Assembly (NCBI GenBank): GCA_051859245.1
Contig: JBHYGA010000004.1
Coordinates: 384,001-448,000, forward strand
DNA length: 64,000 bases
DNA from: Gemmatimonadaceae bacterium
GTDB lineage: Bacteria > Gemmatimonadota > Gemmatimonadetes > Gemmatimonadales > Gemmatimonadaceae
Reading direction: 5' to 3'
The position numbers and the translations under genes were made by a program. The notes below the pieces were generated by a model. The model saw nothing but the letters and a program-made list of their open reading frames with translations. It had not been told where the DNA came from and searched no databases. Shown piece after piece: positions 9,367-18,305 of this stretch; the stretch's first letter is position 1; the number at the start of each line of letters is the position of its first letter.

Positions 9367-11139
9367 ATGACCGCAAGACTCGCGGATCGCGAGACAATCG
9401 CCTACGTGGAAGCGCTGCTTTCCCGTCTTACGCTCGAGCAGAAAGTCGGGCAAATGATGCAGCCCGAACGCATGGCCATCACGCCAGACGAAGTGGCGGA
9501 GTACCACATCGGCTCCGTGCTCAGCGGTGGTGGATCGGCGCCGGGTGCGAATACGGCCGCCGACTGGATCGCGATGAACGACGCGTACTGGATGGCGTCC
9601 ATGCGCAACGCACCAGGCCGCGTACCGATTCCGCTGTTATACGGCGTGGATGCGGTACACGGCCACGCCAACGTGCTCGGCGCGACGGTTTTTCCGCACA
9701 ACATCGGGCTTGGCGCCACGCGCGATCCTGACTTGATGGAACGCATCGCGCAGATCACAGCGCGCGAGGTGCTGGCCACCGGTGTGGACTGGACGTTTGC
9801 GCCGACACTCGCCGTGGCCAAGCACATCTACTGGGGGCGCACGTACGAGAGTTTTTCGGATGATCCGGCACTTGTGTCGTCGTATGCCGGCGCGCTCGTG
9901 CGCGGACTGCAGCAGGGTTTCGGTCGCGATGGTGTTGTAGCGTGCGCCAAGCACTGGGTTGGTGACGGCGGTACGACCAACGGCCGCGACCAGGGCAACA
10001 CTGCGATCTCCGAAGAGGAACTGGAGCGCACGCACATGTCGCCCTATTTGCCAGCGCTGAAAGAAGGAGTCCTCACGGTGATGGCGTCGTTCAACAGCTG
10101 GAACGGCGTAAAATGTCACGGCAATCGCTACCTGCTCACCGAGGTTCTCAAGGAGCGCCTGGGCTTTGACGGGTTTGTGATTTCCGACTGGGACGGTGTG
10201 GACTACTTGTCGGATGATCCCGCAGAAGCCGTGGCGATGGCGGCAAACGCTGGCGTTGACATGTTCATGGTCTCAGTCGAGTGGAAGCGCTGTCTGGCAC
10301 ACTTGCTGGAGCACGCGCGGTCGGGTGTTGTGCCCATGTCGCGCATTGATGATGCCGTGCGCCGCATTCTCACCGTGAAGCATCGCTACGGATTGTTCGA
10401 TCGACCGCGTCCCGCGGAGCGGTATTGGTCGACGGAGCCGTGTCTTGGCGCCGCCGAACATCGCGAGGTGGCGCGTGAAGCGGTTCGCAAATCGCTAGTG
10501 CTACTGCAGAACAACAACGGAGTACTGCCGCTGGATCGTTCGGCGCGCATTCTCGTGGCGGGCAAGAACGCGGACAACCGCGGGCGTCAATGCGGTGGCT
10601 TTACCGTGGCGTGGCAGGGCACGAGTGGCAACGAACAGATCGTCGGTGGTACCTCAATCTGGGAAGGCATCAAGCAAGTTGCGCCGCATGCGCACCTCAG
10701 CGTGGATGGCAGCGCGGCCAATGCCGCAGCGCACGATGTGGCCATCGTGGTGATCGGCGAACGGCCGTACGCGGAAGGCATGGGCGACATTCGTCCGCCC
10801 GGTACCGTCGCCCCAGGCTCAAGCCCTGAAGGGCGCACGGCCAAACTTGATGCGTATGGTCAAACCATTGAGCACGCCGTCTCGCATCCCGAAGATCTGG
10901 CCACGATTCGTGCCATTACGCGTCAGGGCATACCGGTGATTGCGGTGCTCGTATCTGGTCGCCCTCTCATTGTAGATGCCGAGCTGTCAGAGACGTCGGC
11001 GTTTGTGGCCGCGTGGTTGCCCGGCTCAGAAGGTCAGGGAGTGGCTGATGTGTTGTTTGGTGATCATCCGTTCACCGGCGTGCTGCCGTTTGCGTGGCCG
11101 CATATTTCGACGCGTTGGCCGCGTGGTTACGGGCTGTAG
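9367..11139 (+). CDS. GH3 exo-beta-glucanase/beta-glucosidase (barley ExoI/ExoP-like), no signal peptide
   Basis: 'QKVGQMMQPER', 'GSVLSGGGS', 'YGVDAVHGH', 'WGRTYESFS', 'CAKHWVGDGGT', 'ISDW', 'GERPYAEG', 'AAWLPGSEGQG'. Confidence 0.92.
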   Translation: MTARLADRETIAYVEALLSRLTLEQKVGQMMQPERMAITPDEVAEYHIGSVLSGGGSAPGANTAADWIAMNDAYWMASMRNAPGRVPIPLLYGVDAVHGHANVLGATVFPHNIGLGATRDPDLMERIAQITAREVLATGVDWTFAPTLAVAKHIYWGRTYESFSDDPALVSSYAGALVRGLQQGFGRDGVVACAKHWVGDGGTTNGRDQGNTAISEEELERTHMSPYLPALKEGVLTVMASFNSWNGVKCHGNRYLLTEVLKERLGFDGFVISDWDGVDYLSDDPAEAVAMAANAGVDMFMVSVEWKRCLAHLLEHARSGVVPMSRIDDAVRRILTVKHRYGLFDRPRPAERYWSTEPCLGAAEHREVAREAVRKSLVLLQNNNGVLPLDRSARILVAGKNADNRGRQCGGFTVAWQGTSGNEQIVGGTSIWEGIKQVAPHAHLSVDGSAANAAAHDVAIVVIGERPYAEGMGDIRPPGTVAPGSSPEGRTAKLDAYGQTIEHAVSHPEDLATIRAITRQGIPVIAVLVSGRPLIVDAELSETSAFVAAWLPGSEGQGVADVLFGDHPFTGVLPFAWPHISTRWPRGYGL

Positions 11140-11214
11140 CACACAGCGTGTGTAGCATCCGAACCCACATTACGACCGAACAACGTCGGGAACACATACC
11201 GTTGCAGTGATCAC

Positions 11215-11240
11215 GAGGGGACCGCACACGCGGTCCCCTC
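11215..11240. terminator. GC-rich hairpin between convergent operons (probable terminator)
   Basis: GAGGGGACCGC-acac-GCGGTCCCCTC, a perfect 11-bp stem. The U-tract is weak. Confidence 0.65.
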
Positions 11241-11253
11241 ACTGCGTTTCGCA

Positions 11254-12804
11254 CTATGTCGCCAACGCCGGTCCAGGATTGCCACGTCGTGCTTCGAGCT
11301 GCTCTCGCACTTCGCGCGCTCGTGCTTCGGTGATCGGATACGTTGCGACGGCCCAGATGGCGAGGCCCGACGTCACCATGGGTATGACGGCATCACACAA
11401 CCGCATCAGGAAGATCGTGTTTTCGGTTTGCGTACCGCCGAGCGAGACATCAAAACCGGTCGCGTTCAGCAGATAGCCGCCGGCCGCGAGCGCTGCGGCC
11501 ATGCCAAGCTTTACCACCCACCAGAAGATCGAGCCGAACATTCCTTCGCGCCGCTGATAGGTCTCCACTTCATCAGCGTCTACAACATCGGCAATCATTG
11601 ATCCCATGAGCGTGAACAATCCGCCAAGCCCAAACGCCATCAGTGGCACCGGCAGCATCAGCAACATCGGATACTTCGGATTATAGCAGAACCACTTGAG
11701 ACCGTAGCCAAGAATGGAAAGGCCTGTGCTCACAAAGAATGCTTTGCGTTTGCCGATTCTTGTGCTGAGCCAGGTAATGAAAAAAATGACGCCGAACGTT
11801 GAGGCCGCGCCGAGCGTACCGGCGTATCCAGCGTAGCGCGCACCCAACTCCTGATCGCCGCCAAACACGTAGTAGATGATCACGTACGTCTGAAACGACG
11901 AGATCATGATGAAGCCATTGAACACGAGGAATGTGGCCACGCACAACTTGATGAACGGCTTTGAGCGCAGCGTAGTGGCAAAGCCCTTGCCGAACTCTTT
12001 CATGTTCCGGCCAAACGCGGCGAAGCGGGATTCGCGCTTGGTCGGCACGTTGGGGTCTGCCGACGCCATCACAAATCGCTCGCGCAGGAAGATTGCGGGA
12101 ATGACTCCGATCATGATCGTGGCGACACCGATACCGATGGCCAGGCCTTTGGCACCGGCGATCTGATTGGGAAACCACGGTTTGTACGTCATGATCCAGA
12201 GAAACCATGGCGACACCAGATACGCGAGCTGACCAATGAAATTCTGCACGCCCATCAGGCGCGTGCGCTCGTGATAGTCGGGTGTGAGTTCGTAACCCAG
12301 CGCAACCCATGGCGTTGCGTAGACTGTGTACGCCAGGTAAAAAATGTTCGAGCCGGTCAAAAAGAACCAGAAATAGAACGACTCACTTCTTCCGCCAGGC
12401 AGCTGCCACAACAGGGCGAAGATGATACCAGACGCAATGGCCCCGGCGAAGATGTACGGGCGACGCCTTCCCCAACGCGACGATGTGTTATCCGAGATGT
12501 AACCCATCATCGGATCAGTGAGCGCGTCGAGAATCCGCGGAAGCGCACCGAGCAAGCCCACCAATGCGGGATTCATGCCCAGTCCGAGATTGAGCACGAT
12601 GACCATGCCACCAATAGCGGCCGCGAGCAGGTTGTTTACGAACGCACCCGACCCGTAGGCGAGCTTTCGCGCAAACGAGATGCGATCCGCCGCGGCGGTC
12701 GAGTACTGCGCGGTGAACCCAGTGTGCCCCGAATCGTCGATGCGCGCGTGCCACGCGGCAATGGCAAGCTTCCAGAGGTTGCGCCCGCGCGAAGCGATAC
12801 TCAT
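11254..12804 (-). CDS. MFS glycoside-pentoside-hexuronide (MelB-like) sugar transporter
   Basis: 'DALTDPMMGYISDNTSSRWGRRRPY', 'ELTPDYHERTRL', 'ADVVDADE...RREGMF'; about 12 hydrophobic helices. Confidence 0.92.
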   Translation of the reverse strand: MSIASRGRNLWKLAIAAWHARIDDSGHTGFTAQYSTAAADRISFARKLAYGSGAFVNNLLAAAIGGMVIVLNLGLGMNPALVGLLGALPRILDALTDPMMGYISDNTSSRWGRRRPYIFAGAIASGIIFALLWQLPGGRSESFYFWFFLTGSNIFYLAYTVYATPWVALGYELTPDYHERTRLMGVQNFIGQLAYLVSPWFLWIMTYKPWFPNQIAGAKGLAIGIGVATIMIGVIPAIFLRERFVMASADPNVPTKRESRFAAFGRNMKEFGKGFATTLRSKPFIKLCVATFLVFNGFIMISSFQTYVIIYYVFGGDQELGARYAGYAGTLGAASTFGVIFFITWLSTRIGKRKAFFVSTGLSILGYGLKWFCYNPKYPMLLMLPVPLMAFGLGGLFTLMGSMIADVVDADEVETYQRREGMFGSIFWWVVKLGMAAALAAGGYLLNATGFDVSLGGTQTENTIFLMRLCDAVIPMVTSGLAIWAVATYPITEARAREVREQLEARRGNPGPALAT

Positions 12805-13592
12805 GGTACGGTCTCGTACACCCGCACCCAGTCCACCAACATGGTTTGCGGAAAGCGCGTTTGTGCATCAGGCGCACCCACAAACGTGCCACCAACGGCC
12901 ACGTTGAGAATGATGTAGAACGGATGGTCAAACACCCACTCACCTCGCACATCACCGCGGCGCACGGTGTGGTAGAGTGTGCCGTCGACGAAGAAATCAA
13001 TGCGGGCATCAGACCATTCGATGCTGAACTCATGGAAATCGTCGTCGAAACGCGCCTGCTGTAACTCGTAGCGCCGCGTGATCGCGTTGCCGCCAGAGTA
13101 TCCCGGTCCATGCACACTACCGAGCACAACCCGCGGCTCCTGCCCGCGGTATTCCATCACATCGATTTCACCAGTCTGCGGCCAGCCGACAACATCAATG
13201 TCTGCACCCAACAACCAGAACGCGGGCCAAATGCCCTGACCAACCGGCAACTTGATGCGCGCTGCAATGCGACCGTACTGAAACTCGCGCCGCCCTTTGG
13301 TGGTGATGCGAGCCGATGTATAGGCCCGTCCTTCGAATGATTCCGCACGAGCGGTAATGGCCAGATTGCCGCTGCCATCAAGCGACGCGTTAGCGGCCCG
13401 ATTGGTGTCGTACTCGAGCTGTGCGTTACCCCAATCGGTGCCCACATCGAACTGCCAGTTGGCAGCGCTGGGCAACGTACCGGCCGTGCCTTCAAACTCA
13501 TCTTCCCAAACGAGCGTCCACGACGGACTGGGATCAGTGCACCCGAAGAGCGAAGCGGCAAGCGCCGCGAGTAGTACAGCCTGTCGGGTCAT
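12801..13592 (-). CDS. GH16 endo-beta-1,3-glucanase (laminarinase) lipoprotein
   Basis: Lipobox LFGC, 'WEDEFEG', 'GIWPAFWLLG', catalytic 'GEIDVME', 'FYIILNVAVGG', 'MLVDWVRVY'. Confidence 0.93.
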   Translation of the reverse strand: MTRQAVLLAALAASLFGCTDPSPSWTLVWEDEFEGTAGTLPSAANWQFDVGTDWGNAQLEYDTNRAANASLDGSGNLAITARAESFEGRAYTSARITTKGRREFQYGRIAARIKLPVGQGIWPAFWLLGADIDVVGWPQTGEIDVMEYRGQEPRVVLGSVHGPGYSGGNAITRRYELQQARFDDDFHEFSIEWSDARIDFFVDGTLYHTVRRGDVRGEWVFDHPFYIILNVAVGGTFVGAPDAQTRFPQTMLVDWVRVYETVP

Positions 13593-13613
13593 GATCGCAG
13601 GGAAGAGGGCGCG

Positions 13614-14864
13614 CTAGCGCGCGCCGATGGTGGGAAAGAGCGACGGATCGTTCAGCGCCGCTTCAAGCACAAGCGTGGCGGCGCCAACAGCAACGCCGAG
13701 TGGGCCGAGTTCACTGTGCCGGATTTCAGACGCGGCAACAGCGCTCACAAACGTCCGACGAAGCACAACTTCACGTAGCGGACCGATCAGTCGGTGACCA
13801 ACGCGCGTCAGCCCACCGCCAATAATGACGGCGGCAGGATTCATCAGGTTGAGCAGCCCCGCGATGGCAATACCGAGGTATTCCGCCGCTTCGCACACCA
13901 CCTGGACCGCGAGCGGATCGTCAGTGATCGCGGCTGATTCGATCGCTTCAATCGTGAGTGACGATGTGCCATGCAGCGATGACGCAGGAAACTCCGGTAA
14001 CAGCGCGCGCGCGCGTTCGACCAAGGCATTCGCACCAACGAATGTGACGAGACATCCCCGGTTGCCGCAGTTGCACACGGCGCCGCGCGGATCAATCGCC
14101 ACGTGACCGATTTCTCCGGCGACGCCGGTAGCTCCGCGCCGCACGCGTCCATCAATCACATGCCCCGACCCAATGCCGGTTGCCACCTTGATGTACGCGA
14201 AGTCATTAAAACCACGGCCCGCTCCCCACCACTGCTCCGCCAACGCGCCAAGGTTCGCGTCATTGTCAATGAAAAGCGGCAGCGCAAACTGCGTTTGCAA
14301 CGCTTCGAACCCGTTGCGTCCACCCCAGTCGGGCATAGCCAGCGGTGAGAGGCGCTCCGGGTGACGCGGATCAACCGGGCTTGGCATGGCGATGCCAATG
14401 CCGAGTAAGCGATTGGGTGCACCGTGCCACTGCGCAATGCAGCGTGCAATCAGCTCGGCCACCAGCGTGCGGGTTCCGGCGGGATCGCGTCGTACAGGCC
14501 ATTCGCGATACTCAGAAGCGAGCACGCGGCCGCGCAGGTTGGTGAGCACTACCGTGATGTGCGTCGCGCCAACGTCCACGCCAATAATGCCGCAGGCATC
14601 ATCCTGAAACTCGAGATTGATCGGTCGTCGTCCGCCGCGCGATTCGCCAATGCCCGCTTCGGACACGAGTTCGGTGGCGATCAGGAATCCCACCAACTCC
14701 GACACGGTGGAGCGCGAGAGATCTTCACGACGCGCGATTTCGGCGCGCGAGATGGTGCGCTCCTTCCAGATCAGTCGCAGTACCGCATCCGCCAACGCGG
14801 ACGGACGCGGTACAACAGTCGGGGCAACACCAACGTCGGCGTCACTCATGATCTGGTCAGTCAT
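13614..14864 (-). CDS. ROK family transcriptional repressor (XylR/NagC-like)
   Basis: N-terminal HTH 'ISRAEIARREDLSRSTVSELV', 'GGRRP', 'DNDANLGALAE', 'GEIGH...CNCGNRGCL'. GGAGA RBS. Confidence 0.92.
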   Translation of the reverse strand: MTDQIMSDADVGVAPTVVPRPSALADAVLRLIWKERTISRAEIARREDLSRSTVSELVGFLIATELVSEAGIGESRGGRRPINLEFQDDACGIIGVDVGATHITVVLTNLRGRVLASEYREWPVRRDPAGTRTLVAELIARCIAQWHGAPNRLLGIGIAMPSPVDPRHPERLSPLAMPDWGGRNGFEALQTQFALPLFIDNDANLGALAEQWWGAGRGFNDFAYIKVATGIGSGHVIDGRVRRGATGVAGEIGHVAIDPRGAVCNCGNRGCLVTFVGANALVERARALLPEFPASSLHGTSSLTIEAIESAAITDDPLAVQVVCEAAEYLGIAIAGLLNLMNPAAVIIGGGLTRVGHRLIGPLREVVLRRTFVSAVAASEIRHSELGPLGVAVGAATLVLEAALNDPSLFPTIGAR

Positions 14865-14907
14865 CGTGTCTCCGTTCAGGCACGGAGAGCACGTGCCGAG
14901 GTCCATG

Positions 14908-17328
14908 TCATTTGTGCAAGAGCACGTTGTCGACATAGACCGTATTCGGATCGGCCACCAGGATCAACTGCGCGAGATGGCCCCTGGTGGTGAGTCCGGT
15001 GAACTGCGAGAGCGGTACATCAAGGCGCGTCCACTGCCCGGTGCGGAGCCCTGGCGTGGTCGCGGCCGTGAGCGTGATCTCATGCTCGCGGTCATCACCA
15101 CCACCGAACGCGCCATTCGCGCCAAAGTCCACCAGCTTGATTTTGAACGTTGCCGGCGCTGCGGTGGGATCTGCTGTCCAGATATCCAGCGAGAAGTGCG
15201 TCATGGCCGTGGCATTGATCGGGCTCGACGTGAACTCAATCCCGGCAAACACCAGATTCGTGTACTTCTTCACCGTGTTGCCAGCAATCTGCACGTCTTC
15301 CACATCAGCGTTGTCCCACTGGGCCGACCACGTGTTCACCGTGACGTTGGTGTAGCTGTCGCTGAACAGTGAAATCACATCGGCCGCGGCAAATGTTGGC
15401 GCGGGCGCTGCGGTTGTTGGCGCGGTCGGCACCACGTTGGAATAGAAATACAGGTTGTCGAGGTAGACCGTGTTCGGATCACTCACGAAGATCAGCTGCG
15501 CCAGATGACCGCGTGTGACCAGCCCGGTGAACGCACTGAGCGGAATGTCCAGACTCGTCCACTCGCCCGTGCGGATACCAGGCGTGGACGCGGCGTCGAG
15601 CGTGAGTTCATGCTCAACATCATCGCCGCCACCGAACGCACCGTTGGCGCCAAAGTCCACCAGCTTGATCTTGAAGATCGCGGGCAACGCAGTGGCATCG
15701 GGGGTCCAGAAGTCCACATGGAAACCCGTCATCGCGGTGGCGTTGACTGTTGGTGCCGTGAACTCGATGCCGGCGAAGGTGAAGTTTGTGTATTTCTTGA
15801 CGTTGTTGCCGGCGATCTGCACGTCTTCAAGATCGGCGTCGTCCCACGGCGCTGACCACGTGGACACCGGCACGTTGGTGTACGTGTCGCTGAAGAGCGA
15901 GATCACACTCGACGCCGGACGTGTGGGAGCCGGCGCGGCGGTGGTTGGAACAGACACCGGTGGTGGCGGCGCCTTGTAGAAATACAGATTATCGAGATAC
16001 AGCGTGGAGCTGGAACTCGTAATGATCATTTGCGCGAGGTTGCCGCGCGCGTTGAGGCCCGTGAACGAGGAGAGCGGAATCTCCACCGTGCTCCACGCGT
16101 TGGCCGTGAGCCCCGACGACACCGTCACTTCATGTTCGCTGTCGTCACCGCCGCCAAACACACCGTTCGCACCGAAGTTGACGAGCTTGACGCGGAACGA
16201 GGAGGTGTTGCGAAGGAAGACATTGAGATGCAGATGCGTCATCGCCGCTGCGTTGACGGTCCGCGTGATGAACTCGATGCCAGCGAACGAGAGATTCGCG
16301 TATTTCTTGGTGTCGTTGCCCGCGATCTGGACATCGGACACATCGGCCATGTCCCAGTCGGCCGACCATTTATCGACGGGCACGTTGGTGTACGCGTTGC
16401 TGAACAGCGAGACGACATCGGCCGCCACGCGTGTTGGTGTGGGCGCCGCCGTGGTTGGCGGGCTGAGCGCGTTGATTGTGACGGCACCCGCGGCCGCTGT
16501 TTCGCCGAGCGCCGCGCTCACCGTGGCGGAGCCCGGTCCGACTACCGAAATGGCGCCGGTTGGTGTTACCGCTGCAACGGCCGCATTTGATGAGCGAAAG
16601 GTGAAATACGCGGCGGCCGCTTCGACCACCACGTCACGCCCGTCCACATCGAAGGTGACCGTGGTGCCGGTCACATCGACTGTGGCGCCGACTTCGCCGC
16701 TGAGTGTGGCCGACGCGATGGCGGGTCGGGTGTTGCGAATCGTGCCCAGTGTCTCAAAACGGATTTCATCAATCCAGAGATCGTACCCCACGCCGTTCTC
16801 CGGCCCCTCGGCAAAGAAGAACATGCCGCGCTCTTCCATGAGTTTGCTGGCCAGTGGAAGTGGAATCACCACTTTTTGCCAGGAGGTTGTGAGCGGAATA
16901 CCGCCGCGCTGGGCGGTAAAGCGCGATTCGCCGGTGTTATCGTTGGCGAAGCCGGCCACGTCGAGCGTGGCACTGCGGCTGGCCCGCGCGTAGAACGTGA
17001 GCGCGTCATAGGCACTCAGGTCGCGCGCCACGTTGGCGACGAAGGCACCGCCGGCGTACGAACCGGCCGGATCGCCTACCGATGGAATCGTGATTTTGAG
17101 CGCCGATGTGCCGCGGAACTTGACGCCGGGATCGATCGCGACCGCGTCCACCTTGGAGCCGGCGAACGCCTGGAATGAGACGCCTGCTGCGTATCCGTCG
17201 CCGAAGATATCCGGTTCGCTTGGGAAGGGCGCAAGATCGAGTGAACTGATATCGCGGCTGCAGGCGGCGAGGATCAGCGACACCCCAACCAACGCGAGAA
17301 CGTGGCGTGAGGACGATCGCGGGTGCAT
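14908..17328 (-). CDS. surface glycan-binding lipoprotein: N-terminal CBM-like domain, Big_2 domain, three tandem carbohydrate-binding-like repeats
   Basis: Lipobox LAAC. Big_2 segment 'FRSSNAAVAAVTPTG'. Three ~165-175 aa repeats starting 'TTAAPxPT..A.DVISLFS..YTNV.V..WSA.WD'. No catalytic motif seen. Confidence 0.75.
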   Translation of the reverse strand: MHPRSSSRHVLALVGVSLILAACSRDISSLDLAPFPSEPDIFGDGYAAGVSFQAFAGSKVDAVAIDPGVKFRGTSALKITIPSVGDPAGSYAGGAFVANVARDLSAYDALTFYARASRSATLDVAGFANDNTGESRFTAQRGGIPLTTSWQKVVIPLPLASKLMEERGMFFFAEGPENGVGYDLWIDEIRFETLGTIRNTRPAIASATLSGEVGATVDVTGTTVTFDVDGRDVVVEAAAAYFTFRSSNAAVAAVTPTGAISVVGPGSATVSAALGETAAAGAVTINALSPPTTAAPTPTRVAADVVSLFSNAYTNVPVDKWSADWDMADVSDVQIAGNDTKKYANLSFAGIEFITRTVNAAAMTHLHLNVFLRNTSSFRVKLVNFGANGVFGGGDDSEHEVTVSSGLTANAWSTVEIPLSSFTGLNARGNLAQMIITSSSSTLYLDNLYFYKAPPPPVSVPTTAAPAPTRPASSVISLFSDTYTNVPVSTWSAPWDDADLEDVQIAGNNVKKYTNFTFAGIEFTAPTVNATAMTGFHVDFWTPDATALPAIFKIKLVDFGANGAFGGGDDVEHELTLDAASTPGIRTGEWTSLDIPLSAFTGLVTRGHLAQLIFVSDPNTVYLDNLYFYSNVVPTAPTTAAPAPTFAAADVISLFSDSYTNVTVNTWSAQWDNADVEDVQIAGNTVKKYTNLVFAGIEFTSSPINATAMTHFSLDIWTADPTAAPATFKIKLVDFGANGAFGGGDDREHEITLTAATTPGLRTGQWTRLDVPLSQFTGLTTRGHLAQLILVADPNTVYVDNVLLHK
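14911..16460 (-). repeat. three intragenic tandem domain repeats (~510-530 nt each)
   Basis: Recurrent 'DVQIAGN..KKY.N..FAGIEFT', 'KLVDFGANGAFGGGDD.EHE' and 'YLDNLYFY'. Confidence 0.9.
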
Positions 17329-17394
17329 CTGCGTGCTCCGAGGAGGGGGCGGAGGTCCGCATCCACGAGCGACCGGGCAGGCGCTGGCAGACGG

Positions 17395-17445
17395 GCTTTG
17401 TTTGGCTAGCGAACAAAGTATGCGGCTCAAGGCGGACGCTGTCAA
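17395..17445 (-). promoter_or_regulatory. sigma70-type promoter (TTGACA-N17-CATACT) overlapped by ROK-type operator (17395-17419)
   Basis: Plus-strand GCTTTGTTTGGCTAGCGAACAAAGT matches the 3849 site. The minus-strand -35 is at 17445-17440 and the -10 at 17422-17417. Confidence 0.8.
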
Positions 17446-17627
17446 GAACGAGTCGGGTGCGAAGAGACGGAAATTGCCCTCGCCTCACGCGGAGGCACCC
17501 GTCATACTTCCCCACGACCCGATGGCGTGTGCCATCGCGTTCCGGCACCGACGGACGAACTGTTCGCTGTCGACCGACGTCCCTCCACTCCCGCGCTGTG
17601 TCGCCCTCGTCCAAAACTGTCCGTCCC

Positions 17628-18305
17628 GTGTCGCGCGCTGCCGCGAAGAACGCTGTCGACGTTGCCCGTCCCTTCGAAGTGCGCCGCTCGCGAATTCAAG
17701 GTCGTGGTGTGTTCGCCACGCAGCAGATTCGCAAAGGCAAGAAGATCATTGAGTATGTGGGTCAGCCGATCACGCATGAAGAAGCGGATCGACGCTACGA
17801 TGATGCAGAAGGTCGCCATCATACGTTTCTGTTCGTGTTGAACGACGACACTGTGCTTGATGCGCGCTACGGCGGAAACGATGCGCGATTTCTGAACCAT
17901 TCCTGCGATCCGAACTGCGAGACGGAAATCGACAACGACCGGATCTGGATCAAGTCGATCAAGCCCATCGCTCCCGAAACAGAGCTGGTGTACGACTATC
18001 GTTTCGAATGGGACGATGCCTACGAGCCGGAAGACGTGCGCTATTACGCGTGTCGTTGCGGCAGTGCGAAGTGTCGAGGCACGATTTTGCGCGTGCCCGT
18101 GTACCTGCGGAAAACGGTGCGTGAATGGTTGGCGGGCAACGATGTGCCCAAGCCACGCAAGCCGCGCAAGAAAGTGGCGAAGAAAGTGGCGAAGAAGGTG
18201 ACGAAGAAGGCCACTCGCAAGGTTGGAAAAACGGGTGCGAAAAAAGCGGTCCGGAAAACCACTCGCAAAGCCGCGAAAAAAACCACGAAGAAAAACGCGA
18301 CGTGA
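17628..18305 (+). CDS. SET domain protein-lysine methyltransferase with post-SET and histone H1-like C-terminal tail
   Basis: 'SRIQGRGVFA', 'IIEYVG', 'ARFLNHSCDPNC', 'ELVYDY', post-SET 'CRCGSAKCRG', then a 51-aa K/A/T/V tail. Start uncertain (GTG 17628). Confidence 0.9.
   Translation: MSRAAAKNAVDVARPFEVRRSRIQGRGVFATQQIRKGKKIIEYVGQPITHEEADRRYDDAEGRHHTFLFVLNDDTVLDARYGGNDARFLNHSCDPNCETEIDNDRIWIKSIKPIAPETELVYDYRFEWDDAYEPEDVRYYACRCGSAKCRGTILRVPVYLRKTVREWLAGNDVPKPRKPRKKVAKKVAKKVTKKATRKVGKTGAKKAVRKTTRKAAKKTTKKNAT
18168..18215 (+). repeat. 12-nt tandem repeat x4 encoding KKVA/KKVA/KKVT/KKAT
   Basis: aagaaagtggcg aagaaagtggcg aagaaggtgacg aagaaggccact. Confidence 0.8.

Noticed and set aside
14908..16993. 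Repeated DNA blocks considered as CRISPR or mobile repeats, and plus-strand ORFs here
   Set aside because: The repeats are in-frame protein domains hundreds of nt long with no repeat-spacer pattern. The plus-strand ORFs are shadows.
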